Assembly (NCBI GenBank): GCA_046153945.1
Contig: JBJXFF010000109.1
Location: 51,616 to 83,615 of the forward strand
Direction of reading: 5' to 3'
Source of the DNA: Pirellulaceae bacterium
GTDB taxonomy: Bacteria; Planctomycetota; Planctomycetia; Pirellulales; Pirellulaceae
DNA length: 32,000 nucleotides
Below, one piece after another: positions 1 through 10,400 of this stretch; positions within the stretch are counted from its first letter, which is position 1, and every line of letters begins with the position of its first letter. Below the pieces are notes generated by a model. The model searched no databases and had not been told where the DNA came from. It was given only the letters and a program-made list of their open reading frames with translations. The translations under genes and the position numbers were made by a program.

Positions 1-112
1 CGTCCTTCTTCCCTTCCGCTCCAAACGCCGGCCGCATCGCATCGAGCAGCGGCAGCGCCAGGCAAACACCGGTTCCTCGGAGGAAAGCTCTTCGATTCAG
101 GGAATGGGCCAT
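1..112 (-). CDS. DUF1552-family protein, N-terminal fragment (gene continues past the left edge)
   Basis: Too short for the ORF track. The minus-strand ATG at 110-112 opens [37 protein letters not shown]. This is a twin-arginine-type signal, and I recognise the RRxFLRGxGVxLALPxL wording as the stereotyped N-terminus of planctomycetal DUF1552 proteins. Confidence 0.5.
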   Translation of the reverse strand, partial: MAHSLNRRAFLRGTGVCLALPLLDAMRPAFGAEGKKD

Positions 113-213
113 CGGCGTTCTTCTCTACAAATTCCGCTAGGTGATTGATGTGATCCTATTTTACTCACAGATTCCGGGCCACGCCTATTCCACGAGAAAC
201 TTCCGGGCGATTC

Positions 214-2121
214 TCACTGCGTGAAATCCATTTGCAACTCCACCATGTGGCGATAGCGGCCGGAGCGGGCCATCAATTCCTGGTGCGTGCCGCTTTCAAC
301 GATTCGCCCCCCTTCCACCACCACAATTTTGTCGGCCCGGGTGATGGTGCTGAGCCGGTGGGCAATGACGACGGACGTGCGGTGCTGCATCACCTGCTCC
401 AGGCTGGCGTGGATCAGCTTTTCGCTTTCGCTGTCGAGATTGCTGGTGGCTTCGTCCAGAATGAGGATCCGAGGATTCGCCAGAATGGCCCGGGCAATCG
501 CCAGTCGCTGCCGCTGACCGCCACTAAGCCGGACCCCTCGCTCGCCAATCAACGTGGTGTAACCGTTTTCAAATTGGCGGATAAAACTGTCCGCATTCGC
601 CGCCCGAGCCGCATCCTCGATCTCCGCCTGAGAAGCATCCCGGCGGGCGTAAGCGATGTTCTCGGCAATGGTGCCGTCAAACAGAAAGACGTCTTGCTCG
701 ACAATGCCGAGCAGGCTGCGATATTGCCCGAGCGGAACTTCCCGCAAATCCTGCCCGTCCAGGGAGACCGTTCCGGCCGTCGGGTCATAAAAGCGGGCGA
801 CCAGGTTGCAGAGAGTGGTCTTGCCACCACCGCTGGGACCGACCAGCGCCACCATCGCGCCGGCGTCAATTTCCAAGTGGATGTCTTTAAGAACGAGTTG
901 CTCCGACCCAGGATAGTGAAAGCTTACGCCCGCGAAGCTGATGCGTCCCTGAACAGCGAGCGGGTCCAGTGACCCTGTCGGGACAGTGTCCGCAGCCTCC
1001 TGCGGCTCGGCGAGGAGATCGAGGACGCGGTCCAGGCCGGCGAGGCCATTTTGAAACGTGGTCGCACTATTTGCCAGGGTTTCCAGCGGCCCCAGAAGCA
1101 TCGTCAGGTAAACCAAAAACATCGTGACATCCCCAATGGTGAGCTCCCCACTCAAAACCCGGCTGCCGCCATAGATCAGGAGACCGATCGACGCCAGTGG
1201 GATCAAGACTTCCCAAATGATCTCGATGACGCGAGTCCACCACCAGACAAAGAGCTGCTGACGGGTCATCAAGTGATTGGCTGTGGCATAGCGAATGTTC
1301 TCGCTCCGCTCGCGGCCATAGGTCCGGACGACACGCATCCCGCCGAAGGTCTCGGTCGTCTGGCCATCGAGGTCCTGCCGCTTCGAGCGAATGTCCCGAT
1401 AGAGAGGCCGAATGCGGTTGATCCAAGTCCGATGTGAAAAATAAACGGCCGGGGCCAGCAGTAATCCCCCCAGCATCATCCGCCAGTCCACCCAGGCAAG
1501 GACGAAGAGGCTCCCCAGCAACTGAATGACCGCCCGCCACGGATTGTAGAGGAGGCTGAAGACCAGTTCTGCCACGCCGCCTGCATCGTCTCGCAGCAGA
1601 CTGGTCGCTCCGCCCGACTTGAGCTGATAAACCCGGTGCAGCGGCAGACGGACGGCGTGGGCGAATACGCGGCGGCGAATCGAGGCTTGCAAGCGATTGA
1701 CGGCTTTGGTGGCAAACCAGCGGCCGACCACATGAATGAGCGTGGCCACAATCGAGAGCACTACAATTCCCGCCCCGACGAGATACACCACCTGATAGCG
1801 GTCGGTCGGCAGGTGCCAGCTCTGTGACCACCATTCCGGCATGGGTCGGTCGGTCAATACGTTGTCAATCACAATTTTCGTCGCCAGCGGCGGACCGAGG
1901 CGAACGATGGTCGCCAGGGTGAGCGTGGCCAAGGCAAAGGCCAGCGGCCAGGTCTCCCCGCGTAAGAGTTGCAGAAACTCACTCAGCAGCCGTCCGGTGG
2001 AGCGAGTCTTGGCGGTTTCTGGGGCGCGCGGGGTTTCGCCAGCTTCGGGCTGGATTCGACTTTTCTTCTTGAGACTCTGCCGGTACTTGGCAAATCGCCG
2101 TCGGCTGCTTTTCAGGCCCAT
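214..2121 (-). CDS. ABC transporter ATP-binding/permease protein (type-1 exporter, MsbA/ABCB-like half transporter)
   Basis: 635-aa ORF with a multi-TM N-terminal half followed by an NBD. Motifs: Walker A GPSGGGKTT, signature LSGGQRQRLAIARA, Walker B ILILDEATS, H-loop IAHRLST. Confidence 0.9.
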   Translation of the reverse strand: MGLKSSRRRFAKYRQSLKKKSRIQPEAGETPRAPETAKTRSTGRLLSEFLQLLRGETWPLAFALATLTLATIVRLGPPLATKIVIDNVLTDRPMPEWWSQSWHLPTDRYQVVYLVGAGIVVLSIVATLIHVVGRWFATKAVNRLQASIRRRVFAHAVRLPLHRVYQLKSGGATSLLRDDAGGVAELVFSLLYNPWRAVIQLLGSLFVLAWVDWRMMLGGLLLAPAVYFSHRTWINRIRPLYRDIRSKRQDLDGQTTETFGGMRVVRTYGRERSENIRYATANHLMTRQQLFVWWWTRVIEIIWEVLIPLASIGLLIYGGSRVLSGELTIGDVTMFLVYLTMLLGPLETLANSATTFQNGLAGLDRVLDLLAEPQEAADTVPTGSLDPLAVQGRISFAGVSFHYPGSEQLVLKDIHLEIDAGAMVALVGPSGGGKTTLCNLVARFYDPTAGTVSLDGQDLREVPLGQYRSLLGIVEQDVFLFDGTIAENIAYARRDASQAEIEDAARAANADSFIRQFENGYTTLIGERGVRLSGGQRQRLAIARAILANPRILILDEATSNLDSESEKLIHASLEQVMQHRTSVVIAHRLSTITRADKIVVVEGGRIVESGTHQELMARSGRYRHMVELQMDFTQ

Positions 2122-2214
2122 AATCCGCTTTCGCCGCTGATGCTCGCGGCTTACCGGCCGCTCTCTTCCATCATTGGCGATTAGCGAATTGGGGCAAGGG
2201 ACCCTGGCAGTGGA

Positions 2215-4296
2215 TTAACCCTTCACTTTCGGCAGTGGGGGAATACCCGCCATGTGCCGAGGGGCGGGGGAGTAGTTCCAAATGCTATTCAGGGCGAAGA
2301 CCACCGCGAGGGCAATCAGGCAAGCCCCGACGCCGACCATGATGCCGAGGGCCAGCGGGGCGATGGTGAATCCGCTGAAGATAGCCGGCTGCGGCTCGAC
2401 CAGACAGCGCGGCGCCTGGTAGGACATGTTGATGGCCGTTGCTGTCCGACCCGCTTTCCAGTCGGCGGGAATTACATCGTCCCCCTTGCCGCTGAGCCGC
2501 TGAGCCGCTTTGACGAGCTCCATGAACTCCGCCCGATAGCCGTATTTGTCTTCGCCCTTCGAGGCCGCGGCAGTTTCGAGAACAGCCGCGAAGGAAGTAT
2601 CCCCCTTGAATTGTGAGTTGCGAAGGAGCATTCCAAAAGAGGCGACGGCGGTGGCGAATTGAAAGTCTTGCGAAGCCGCACCGAACTTGGCTTGGCTATC
2701 TTTCACGGGGAAAGTCAGAAGTGTGCTCTGGCCGCCAGCCGGAGGCTGATAGCGCATTTTCAGCGTCAGCAACTCGTCCATAAATTTAGTTTTTGCGAGG
2801 TCGGTTTGACCCTCTTTCACCGGCGCAGTCGCTTCCCCTTTTTTCTGATACTTCAGCGGATCGACTTCGGGAGCAACCGGCTCCGCGCCGGGCGGCACAA
2901 TCTCGTAGAGCACGGTGACACTGTGCCCCGCCCCTATTTCTCCGGCATCCTTCTTGTCGTCATTGAAATCGCGATCCGCCAACTTGCGGTTTTCATAGCC
3001 GATGAGGCGGTAAGACGCGACCTGAGCCGGATTGAACTCGACCTGGATCTTGACGTCCTTGGCGATGGTCACGAGCGTGCCGCTGAGTTGCTCGACCAAA
3101 ACTTTGCGAGCCTCGGCTTCGCTGTCGATGAAGGCGTAGTTGCCGTTGGCTTTGTCGGCGATTTGTTCCAGCATTTCGTCGTTATGGTTGCCATTTCCGA
3201 AGCCGAGCACGCTGAGGAAAACACCGGACTTCGATTTATCGACTGCCAGGCGGACTAAGTCGCCCGTGCTGGTGGTTCCGACGTTGAAGTCGCCGTCGCT
3301 GCAGAGGATAACCCGGTTCACCCCACCTTTAATGAAATTCTGCTCGGCAAGTTGGTATGCCAGGTGAATCCCTTGGCCGCCGTTCGTCGAGCCGCCGGCG
3401 TGGAGTTGTTCCAAGGCACTGATAATTCTCTGATGGTCCTCCCCACTCGTTGGCGGCAGTATCATGCCCGCTGCGCCGGCGTAGACGACCATGGAAACCC
3501 GATCATTCTCGCCCAGTTGATTCACCAGCATCTTCATTCCGTAGATCACCAGCGGCAGTTTGTTGGGCTGGTTCATGGAACCCGAGACGTCGAGCAGAAA
3601 AACGAGGTTGCTGGAAGGTCGCTGCGAGTCGATTTTCTTCCCTTGAATACCGAACCGGACCAGGCGGTGCTGCGGCTGCCAGGGGCAAGCGGCGGTCTCG
3701 ATATGGACAGCGAAGGGATGGTTGTCCGTCGGCGGCGAATAAGAATAGTCGAAGTAATTGACCATCTCTTCGATGCGAACGGCGTCCGCCGGGGGCAAGG
3801 AATGATGCTGCAGCAGGTAAGCCCTGGTCTTCGAGTAGGAGGCGGTATCAACGTCGATAGAGAAGGTAGAAAGTGGCGTGTCCTTGACGTTCAGGAAGAC
3901 ATTTTCCTGCGTGTAGGCGAATTTGTCGCCGGCCTCTCCGGGGCCAATTCCTTCCGTGGGATGATCCTGGAGAGGATGTGGGCCGCCAGCAGGCATTCCC
4001 GCACCAGGAAGCGCACTGGCGGGAGTGGAATAACTACCATTGGCGGCAACTTCCGCCTTGGATTCGGCAGTCGTGTGCGATTCACGCGATGGACTCATTT
4101 TCATCATTGCTTCCGCGGGACTCGACTCAGCATAGCGCTGCGGTGCCATACTCGCATCGGCAGCGGTCGTCTTGGCAGCTTCGCCGCTGCGGACCACTGC
4201 AGGCTTGCTGGCGACACCTCCCCCCCCACATCCGGCGATGAAAAGAGCGAAACCGAAGAGTCCACAAAGAGCCAGAGTTTGATGAGTGCGCAGCAT
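2215..4296 (-). CDS. von Willebrand factor type A domain lipoprotein (YfbK-like: vWF_A N-module + VWA + DUF3520) with C-terminal TM helix
   Basis: ORF 2215..4506 trimmed to the ATG at 4294-4296, which gives MLRTHQTLALCGLFGFALFIAGC (lipobox). Contains PLSTFSIDVDTASY..VRIEEMVNYFDY, the MIDAS motif FLLDVSGSM, and YRLIGYENR..DAGEIGAGHSVT (DUF3520-type). The hydrophobic helix FTIAPLALGIMVGVGACLIALAVVFAL lies near the C-terminus. Confidence 0.85.
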   Translation of the reverse strand: MLRTHQTLALCGLFGFALFIAGCGGGGVASKPAVVRSGEAAKTTAADASMAPQRYAESSPAEAMMKMSPSRESHTTAESKAEVAANGSYSTPASALPGAGMPAGGPHPLQDHPTEGIGPGEAGDKFAYTQENVFLNVKDTPLSTFSIDVDTASYSKTRAYLLQHHSLPPADAVRIEEMVNYFDYSYSPPTDNHPFAVHIETAACPWQPQHRLVRFGIQGKKIDSQRPSSNLVFLLDVSGSMNQPNKLPLVIYGMKMLVNQLGENDRVSMVVYAGAAGMILPPTSGEDHQRIISALEQLHAGGSTNGGQGIHLAYQLAEQNFIKGGVNRVILCSDGDFNVGTTSTGDLVRLAVDKSKSGVFLSVLGFGNGNHNDEMLEQIADKANGNYAFIDSEAEARKVLVEQLSGTLVTIAKDVKIQVEFNPAQVASYRLIGYENRKLADRDFNDDKKDAGEIGAGHSVTVLYEIVPPGAEPVAPEVDPLKYQKKGEATAPVKEGQTDLAKTKFMDELLTLKMRYQPPAGGQSTLLTFPVKDSQAKFGAASQDFQFATAVASFGMLLRNSQFKGDTSFAAVLETAAASKGEDKYGYRAEFMELVKAAQRLSGKGDDVIPADWKAGRTATAINMSYQAPRCLVEPQPAIFSGFTIAPLALGIMVGVGACLIALAVVFALNSIWNYSPAPRHMAGIPPLPKVKG

Positions 4297-4486
4297 GAAA
4301 ACAGCCTCTAGGCAAAGCAGAAGAGAGCCCCACAAAGAAGAACCGTTTGGGGAGCATTTTGTTACAGACCGAGCCGGCAGGAAGCGCCAGCCATTGATAA
4401 GACGACAATACCCCCCTGATTTATTCCCTCGGGCCGAAGATTTTTTGGGAAAGTTCTGCAGCAGGGGCGTCTGGTAAACTGCTGTC

Positions 4487-6079
4487 ATGCCGCATTCCCG
4501 AGACAAACTGCAGACTTACGGAATCGCCTTCTGCGGCGTCTGCCTTGTGCTGGCTGTCGGCATTCACTGGCTGACGGCAGATGCTCCGCTTCGCCGTGTA
4601 CTGGCGAATACAGTACAGCTATGCGGCGGAGCGGCTGCGATTTCGGTGCCGGTCGGATTGTTGCTTGCTTTGCTACTGACGCGGACCGACGTTGCCGGCA
4701 GGAGGCTCGCCTGGCTGACTCTGTTGACTCTCCTCTTTCTCCCCCTCCATTCCACGGCAGCAGGATGGGTGACTGTCTTCGGCAAGCTTGGCTCTCAAGC
4801 TCCCGCGTTTTTTCAAACCGCACAGCCGCTCGTGGACGGAATGCTGGCGGTGATATGGATTCATGCGATGGCAGCCATTCCATGGGTGACTCTCATCATC
4901 ACCCTCGGCCTGGCGGCAATTCCCCAAGAAGTGGAAGAAGCGGCACTGCTCGACACCTCCCCCGCTCGGTTCTTTACAGGGATTGGCCTGCGCTACTACG
5001 CGCCGTTCGTCCTCGCCACCGGGTTGTGGGTCGTCATCACGACGGCAGGAGAAATGACGGTCACCAACCTGTATGTCGTGGCGACGTATGCCGAGGAACT
5101 TTACAACAGCGTCGCGCGGGGGGGGGATGCACGGACTGCGGGGCTGAAGGTACTTCCTGGGATCGTCGGAACTATCTTCCTGGCCGGAGCGGTTTGTGGA
5201 ATGGTCGCGGCTCTCCTCCCGGCGGGCCTGGGTAAGCGCTTCGCCCAGCCGCGGGTTTATTCGCTCGGTGTTTGGCGCTGGCCGTCAACAATTATGAGTT
5301 GGTCGGTAATGGCTCTCATCTTTGGCGTCCCGCTGGTGAGTCTGATTTACAAAGCCGGGTTGGTCAAACAAGTTATCGGCGACGAGCAAGTCCGCTCCTG
5401 GTCGCTCCCGTCGCTCCTCAGCCTGCTGGCCACCATGTCCTATCGATTCCGCGGGGATTTTGGCAACTCCCTCTTGTTTGCCGCCGGCGGCGTGGGAGTG
5501 GCCCTCATTATTGCGCTGCCACTGGCCCTTCTGGCAAGGCGAGGAGGCGTGCGAAGTCTCCCCGCAATTCTGGCCGTCGCCCTCTGCTGGTCGCTGCCGG
5601 GGCCGCTGGTGGGAATTTCTTTAACATGGCTGCTCAACTGGAATTTTGCCCCCTTAATTTTCCTCTACGACAAGACCCCTCTAGCCCCGGCCCTGGCGCT
5701 GGGAATCAAAACGCTCCCCATTACGATTCTCATTCTTTGGGGTGCCTTCGCATCGATTCCGCAGCAAACGCTGGAGGCGGCACGGCTGGATGGAGCGGGA
5801 AACCTGGCTTTGTTCCTACGAATCATCATTCCTCAGAGAGCCGCCGCTATCGCCCTGGCTGGAGTGGTTGCTTTCGCCATCGGGCTGGGGGACCTGGCCT
5901 GGTCGATTCTGCTCATCCATTCCGACACCGTGCAACGTCGCGTATTCGGGCTCATTCACTATGGCGTGGAAGAGCAAGTCGCTGCCGTTTCGCTCGTCAC
6001 GCTGGCGATGTTCTTCCTGCTAGCACTCGGTCTGCAGGTCGCCCATCGGCAAATGAGGACACCTCGCAAACCGACATAG
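4487..6079 (+). CDS. ABC importer permease, fused two-domain type (FbpB/ThiP-like)
   Basis: 530-aa polytopic ORF with two EAA-loop modules (EEAALLDTSPARFF and LEAARLDGAGNLALF). No cognate ATPase or binding protein is present in the window. Confidence 0.85.
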   Translation: MPHSRDKLQTYGIAFCGVCLVLAVGIHWLTADAPLRRVLANTVQLCGGAAAISVPVGLLLALLLTRTDVAGRRLAWLTLLTLLFLPLHSTAAGWVTVFGKLGSQAPAFFQTAQPLVDGMLAVIWIHAMAAIPWVTLIITLGLAAIPQEVEEAALLDTSPARFFTGIGLRYYAPFVLATGLWVVITTAGEMTVTNLYVVATYAEELYNSVARGGDARTAGLKVLPGIVGTIFLAGAVCGMVAALLPAGLGKRFAQPRVYSLGVWRWPSTIMSWSVMALIFGVPLVSLIYKAGLVKQVIGDEQVRSWSLPSLLSLLATMSYRFRGDFGNSLLFAAGGVGVALIIALPLALLARRGGVRSLPAILAVALCWSLPGPLVGISLTWLLNWNFAPLIFLYDKTPLAPALALGIKTLPITILILWGAFASIPQQTLEAARLDGAGNLALFLRIIIPQRAAAIALAGVVAFAIGLGDLAWSILLIHSDTVQRRVFGLIHYGVEEQVAAVSLVTLAMFFLLALGLQVAHRQMRTPRKPT

Positions 6080-6156
6080 GCGATTTTCCCCCTTCTCCGC
6101 TAAACTACCCAGTCGTTCGCCAGCACCGTTTGCATTTGGGTTGCACGGAGGTAACC

Positions 6157-7377
6157 ATGTCGGGCCAATCGTTTCGATTTCTACACGCCAGCGATTTTCA
6201 TCTGGAAGAGCCACTGGGTGGACTGGCGGAAGTGCCGCCGCATTTGGGGGAGCTATTTCTTGATGCACCCTACACAGCCGCGGAGCGGGTGTTTGATACG
6301 GCGGTCCGGGAGCGGGTGGACTTCGTCATTCTCTCCGGTGATCTGCTCGAGCCGACGCTTGCCGGTCCGCGCGGCATCAGCTTTCTGCTCAACCAGTTCG
6401 AACGGCTCAACACGCATGGCATCGCGGTCTACTGGGCCGGCGGAAAATGCGATGGTCCGCAGGACTGGCCCAACGCCGCCAAGCTGCCGAGTAATGTGCA
6501 AGTCTTTCCTGGATACAAGTGCGAAGAGTTGACGCACCTCCGCGGCGAGAAGGCCATCGCTTGCATCGTCGGCCGAAGCTGGCACGGCAGTTCAATTCAA
6601 GCAGCCGACTATGCGGTCGACGCCGGCAATTTGTTTTCCATCGGAGTCGGATTTGGTCCTTTGGAACTCGGCAAAATCTCGTCGCTCCGCGTCGACTATT
6701 GGGCCATGGGTGGCCGGCATGAGCGGCAATCCATCGGAGGCTCGCCGATTTACTATCCTGGCACACCGCAGGGACGCTCTCGGGCAGAATTCGGTCCCCA
6801 CGGCTGCACGCTGGTGCATGTCGCCGACGACCAGACCTTTCGCACGCAGTTCATTCCCATTGATGCGGCTCGGTGGCTCGACGAGACCGTTCAAGTCGAA
6901 GAGGGCGAGACGCGGACCGACGTCAAACGCCGCATTGCGGAGCGAATGAAGCAACTGCTGATCGATGCCGTCGAGCGGCCGCTGCTGGTTCACTGGAATA
7001 TCTCCCTCTCGCATCGCCTGGGCTCGGTCACCAAGTGCCGCGAGTGGGGTGCCGAATTGCTGGAGTGGCTGCGGACGGAATTTGGAAGTGGCAAAGCCCC
7101 GGTTTACACATTGGCTGTGGAAACCGGCGACGAACAGCCGCTGGCAGCGGAATGGTTCGTAGAAGAGTCGATGCTCGGCGATTTCCTGAAAGTGATGCGG
7201 TCGCAAGACAGCGACGACGCGATTCCGCTGGACCTGCTGCCATATGTGCCGGAGCGAGCCCGCACCACCACGCTCGCGGCAATCGCGAGTTGGAATGACA
7301 CCGAGAAACGCTCGTCCCTGCTTCGCGAAGCGGCCCACTTGGGTGCGCGGCTGCTGGGGGCGGAAGAGAGAGTCTAA
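6157..7377 (+). CDS. Calcineurin-like metallophosphoesterase, SbcD/Mre11/YhaO-like (catalytic motifs partly degenerate)
   Basis: Frame of ORF 5272..7377 trimmed to the ATG at 6157, preceded by GGAGG (6147-6151). The N-terminus FRFLHASDFHLE (motif I) and ILSGDLLE (motif II) fit DNA-repair exonuclease subunits. It is followed within 70 nt by an SbcC-like ATPase gene. Confidence 0.8.
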   Translation: MSGQSFRFLHASDFHLEEPLGGLAEVPPHLGELFLDAPYTAAERVFDTAVRERVDFVILSGDLLEPTLAGPRGISFLLNQFERLNTHGIAVYWAGGKCDGPQDWPNAAKLPSNVQVFPGYKCEELTHLRGEKAIACIVGRSWHGSSIQAADYAVDAGNLFSIGVGFGPLELGKISSLRVDYWAMGGRHERQSIGGSPIYYPGTPQGRSRAEFGPHGCTLVHVADDQTFRTQFIPIDAARWLDETVQVEEGETRTDVKRRIAERMKQLLIDAVERPLLVHWNISLSHRLGSVTKCREWGAELLEWLRTEFGSGKAPVYTLAVETGDEQPLAAEWFVEESMLGDFLKVMRSQDSDDAIPLDLLPYVPERARTTTLAAIASWNDTEKRSSLLREAAHLGARLLGAEERV

Positions 7378-7445
7378 GTCACAGTGAGATTCGCCAGGTG
7401 GGCGGGCCGCGGAGTGGCGGCCACCTTTGGGCAAGGAGAGCCGAT

Positions 7446-10400
7446 ATGCGGATTAAGGATATTCAGGTTGATGGCTTTGGGGTTTGGAACAACCTGAAGC
7501 TGGACGAACTGCCGCCGGGCGTGACGGTGCTGTACGGGCCGAACGAAGCGGGGAAGACGACCCTGATGCAGTTCGTGCGAACCGTGCTGTACGGCTTCTC
7601 CCCCCTCCGCCGCAACCGCTATCTGCCACCCGTGTTCGGTGGCCAGCCGGGCGGCCGGGTGCGAGTGTCGGATGGCTCTGGAGAGTTCCTGCTCCAGCGG
7701 TATTCCTCGCCGGAAGATGGCGAGGAAGATCGCGGGCATCTGAGCGTCGTCGATGGTTACGGCTTGCCCCGCGATCCGTCGCAACTCAGCCTGCTCCTTT
7801 CCGGCGTCGATGAGCCAACCTACAGCAATGTCTTCGCCTGCGGCCTGCGAGAAATTCAGGAACTCGGCTCGCTGGATGACACGAGCGCGGCCGACCACCT
7901 CTATAAGCTGACGACGGGGCTCGACCGGGTCTCTTTGGTCGATGTGATTCGGGACATGGGAGAATCGCGGGAGCGGCTCCTTTCCACCGACGACCGGCCG
8001 TCGCAAATCGTGCAGCTCGTGCAGCAGCGGGAGACACTGCAAGGGGAAATCGAAGAACTATCCTCCACGACTCGCCGCTGGTGCGAATTGGCCGCGCAGC
8101 GGTCTGCTTTGGCCGAAGAAGCGGAAGAGCTGGAAGGTTCTCTCTCCAAGAACGATGGCAGCCACCGATTGTTCGAAGCGGCGCTCGAAGTGCAAGGTTC
8201 CTGGAATCTACGGAGCGACCTGGAGCGGCAAATTGCGACTCTCCGCGACATAAAACAGTTGCCGGAGCGTGCCGTTGAGAAGCTGGAAGCGCTGAACCAG
8301 AAAGTCAAGACTCTTCGCCGACAGGTTAAGAAGATTGCGGTTCGCGGCAAGCAATTGCGGCAAGAAGCCGCGGAGATTGTCGTCAATCGTCCTTTGCTGG
8401 CTCAGGCCAACCGGATTGAGGCCCTCGGCGAGCAGACGCAATGGATCGTCGCCTTGGAAAGCCAGATCCAGAAATTCAAGGACGACATCCGCCGCCTGGA
8501 TGCCGAAATTGAACACCAAATCGGTGCCACCAAGGGAAACAAGGACGAACTGTCCGCCGAGAACTACTCGGTTCTCAAGAAACCCGCAATCCAACTGCGA
8601 GAAGCGACTGAAAACCTCGACTCCGCGAAGCAGGAAGCCGAGGTGGCCCAGAGGGAATTTGAAGTCCTCAGTGGCAAGTTCACCGCCAGCGCGAAAAACC
8701 GGAAGGCCGAGGACCTGCACGAGGGAGTGCAAACAGTCGGCCAGCGCGTCGCCGCACTTCGCAAGCGAATTCAACTCGAGGAGAAGATCGACCAGCTCGC
8801 CCGGCGGCGAGAAGAGTTGGAATTCGAAGGGGAGGAAATGCAGGAGTTCACCGAGCTGCCGGTGAGGATCACCGCGGCACTCGGACTGATTTTTTCCGCC
8901 GGCGTAATGCTACTGCTCATCGGGATGGTCGGAGGATGGAACAACTGGGTCTCGAGCAGCGGACCGTATCTGCTCTTTGGACTGATGCTCTCCGGTGGCG
9001 CAGCGGGAATGAAGCTCTTTCTGGAGCGGAAGTCTGAAGACGACATCTCGGACAATCGTCGTCAGCTTGAACAAGTGAAAAACGAAACTGCCAGGGCCAA
9101 GCAAGAGCGGGACGAACTCGATGCCGACCTTCCGGCTGGCGGCGGTTCGCTCGATGTTCGCTTGCGGGAAGCAGAAGCGGAATTGCGGGAACTCGAACGG
9201 CTGTCACCACTGACCACGGAACGCCTCGGTGCCGAGCAACGGCATCAGCTTGCTCAGCGAAAGCTCGCGGCTGCACAAGAGACTCACAAGACGATTCGTG
9301 CCCGCTGGACAGAAACTCTACGCGGCGTTGGCTTGCCGCCGGATTTCCCACCCCAGAAGGTCAAGCACGTCGTGAAGAACAGCGACCAAGTGCAGGAGCT
9401 TCGTCGCCGCCGCGAAGAGCGCCGTGGCGAGATCGAGCAGCGCGAGCGGGATGTGCTCGGCCTCGTTGGCCGCATCCAGCAACTCTTCACCGATATCCGC
9501 ATGACTCCCGCCAGCGACAAGCCGCAGGCGATGCTTCGGCAACTGGCTCAAGCACTGGTGCAAGAAAAAGAAGTGCTGGAATTGCGGCAGGGAGTGGTCA
9601 AGAAGATCAAAAAGCTCAAGACGATGCGGTCTCGGTTCGGAATCAAAATCCGCACGGCCTCCCGCAAGCGGAGTGCCCTGTTGCAACTGGCCGGCGTCAT
9701 CGACATGCCCGCCTTTAGCCAAGTTGCCGCGGAAGCAGCTCGCGCGAATGACCTGCGGAAGCATCGCGAGGAGCTGTCGCAAAAGATCCAGACCGCGCTC
9801 GCGGGACAGTTCACCGAGGATCAAATTGCCGGGCTCTTCGCCCGCGAAGGGCGGGATTTGCAAGCTCGCTGGGACCAGCGGATGACGCACTTGCACGAGG
9901 TCCGCACCCGACTGGCCGGCATTCACGAACGCCGCGGAGCGTGCACGCATGAAATGAAGCTCTTGGAAAGTGACCGCAAGTTGGCGGGGGCCAAACAGCT
10001 ACTCAGCCAGGTCGAAGAGCAACTCAAGGCCGCTGTTCGCCGCTGGCAGGTTCTGGCGATTATCGGCCGGGCTCTCGATTCCGTCCGCAAAACGTACGAA
10101 ACCGAGCGCCAGCCGCAGACGTTGCGGGAGTCGAGCCACTACCTTGCCCAACTCACACTCGGTCAATACCGCCGCGTCTGGATGCCGCTCGACCGCCGCG
10201 TGCTACTCGTGGAAGACGAAGACGCCAAGTCCCTTTCGCTCGACGTCCTCAGCCGTGGAACGCGGGAAGCAGTTTACATCAGCCTGCGGCTAGCACTGGC
10301 TTCATCGTTCGCCCGCCGCGGGGCGCTGCTCCCCCTCGTCTTCGACGACGTGCTGGTGAACCTGGATGCGGCCCGCGTTCGGGCTGCGGCCCAGTTGTTC

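Noticed and set aside
1067-1834. Long antisense or off-frame ORFs across the window, e.g. 232..972(+), 1067..1834(-), 3352..4311(+), 6592..7434(-), 7374..8042(-), 8208..8774(-), 9318..9950(-)
   Set aside because: They overlap genes with clear family motifs. They are Arg/Gly/Pro/Ala-rich with no recognisable motifs, as expected for shadow ORFs in GC-rich DNA.
4297-4506. 70-codon N-terminal extension of the vWA ORF. Analogous extensions are at 22756..22863 (MoxR), 25271..25522 (NHL protein), 25361..25468 (DUF1501) and 18555..18662 (pckA).
   Set aside because: The internal starts give canonical lipobox, TAT or family N-termini with RBSs. The extensions cross intergenic repeats or promoters.
4220-5126. 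Homopolymer tracts as phase-variation switches: C8 at 4220-4227 (G8 in the vWA lipoprotein gene just after the lipobox) and G9 at 5118-5126 (in the ABC permease gene)
   Set aside because: At this GC content, my order-of-magnitude estimate is that a run of 8-9 G or C is expected about once to a few times per 32 kb by chance. Both tracts encode plausible Gly runs, and contingency-type variation is not known to me in this phylum. It is only worth checking if population reads are available.
5272-6156. N-terminal 295 codons of ORF 5272..7377, which would make a 701-aa protein
   Set aside because: This part overlaps the ABC permease in another frame and translates to Arg/Gly/Pro-rich junk. The phosphoesterase motif I sits right after the ATG at 6157, which has a GGAGG.
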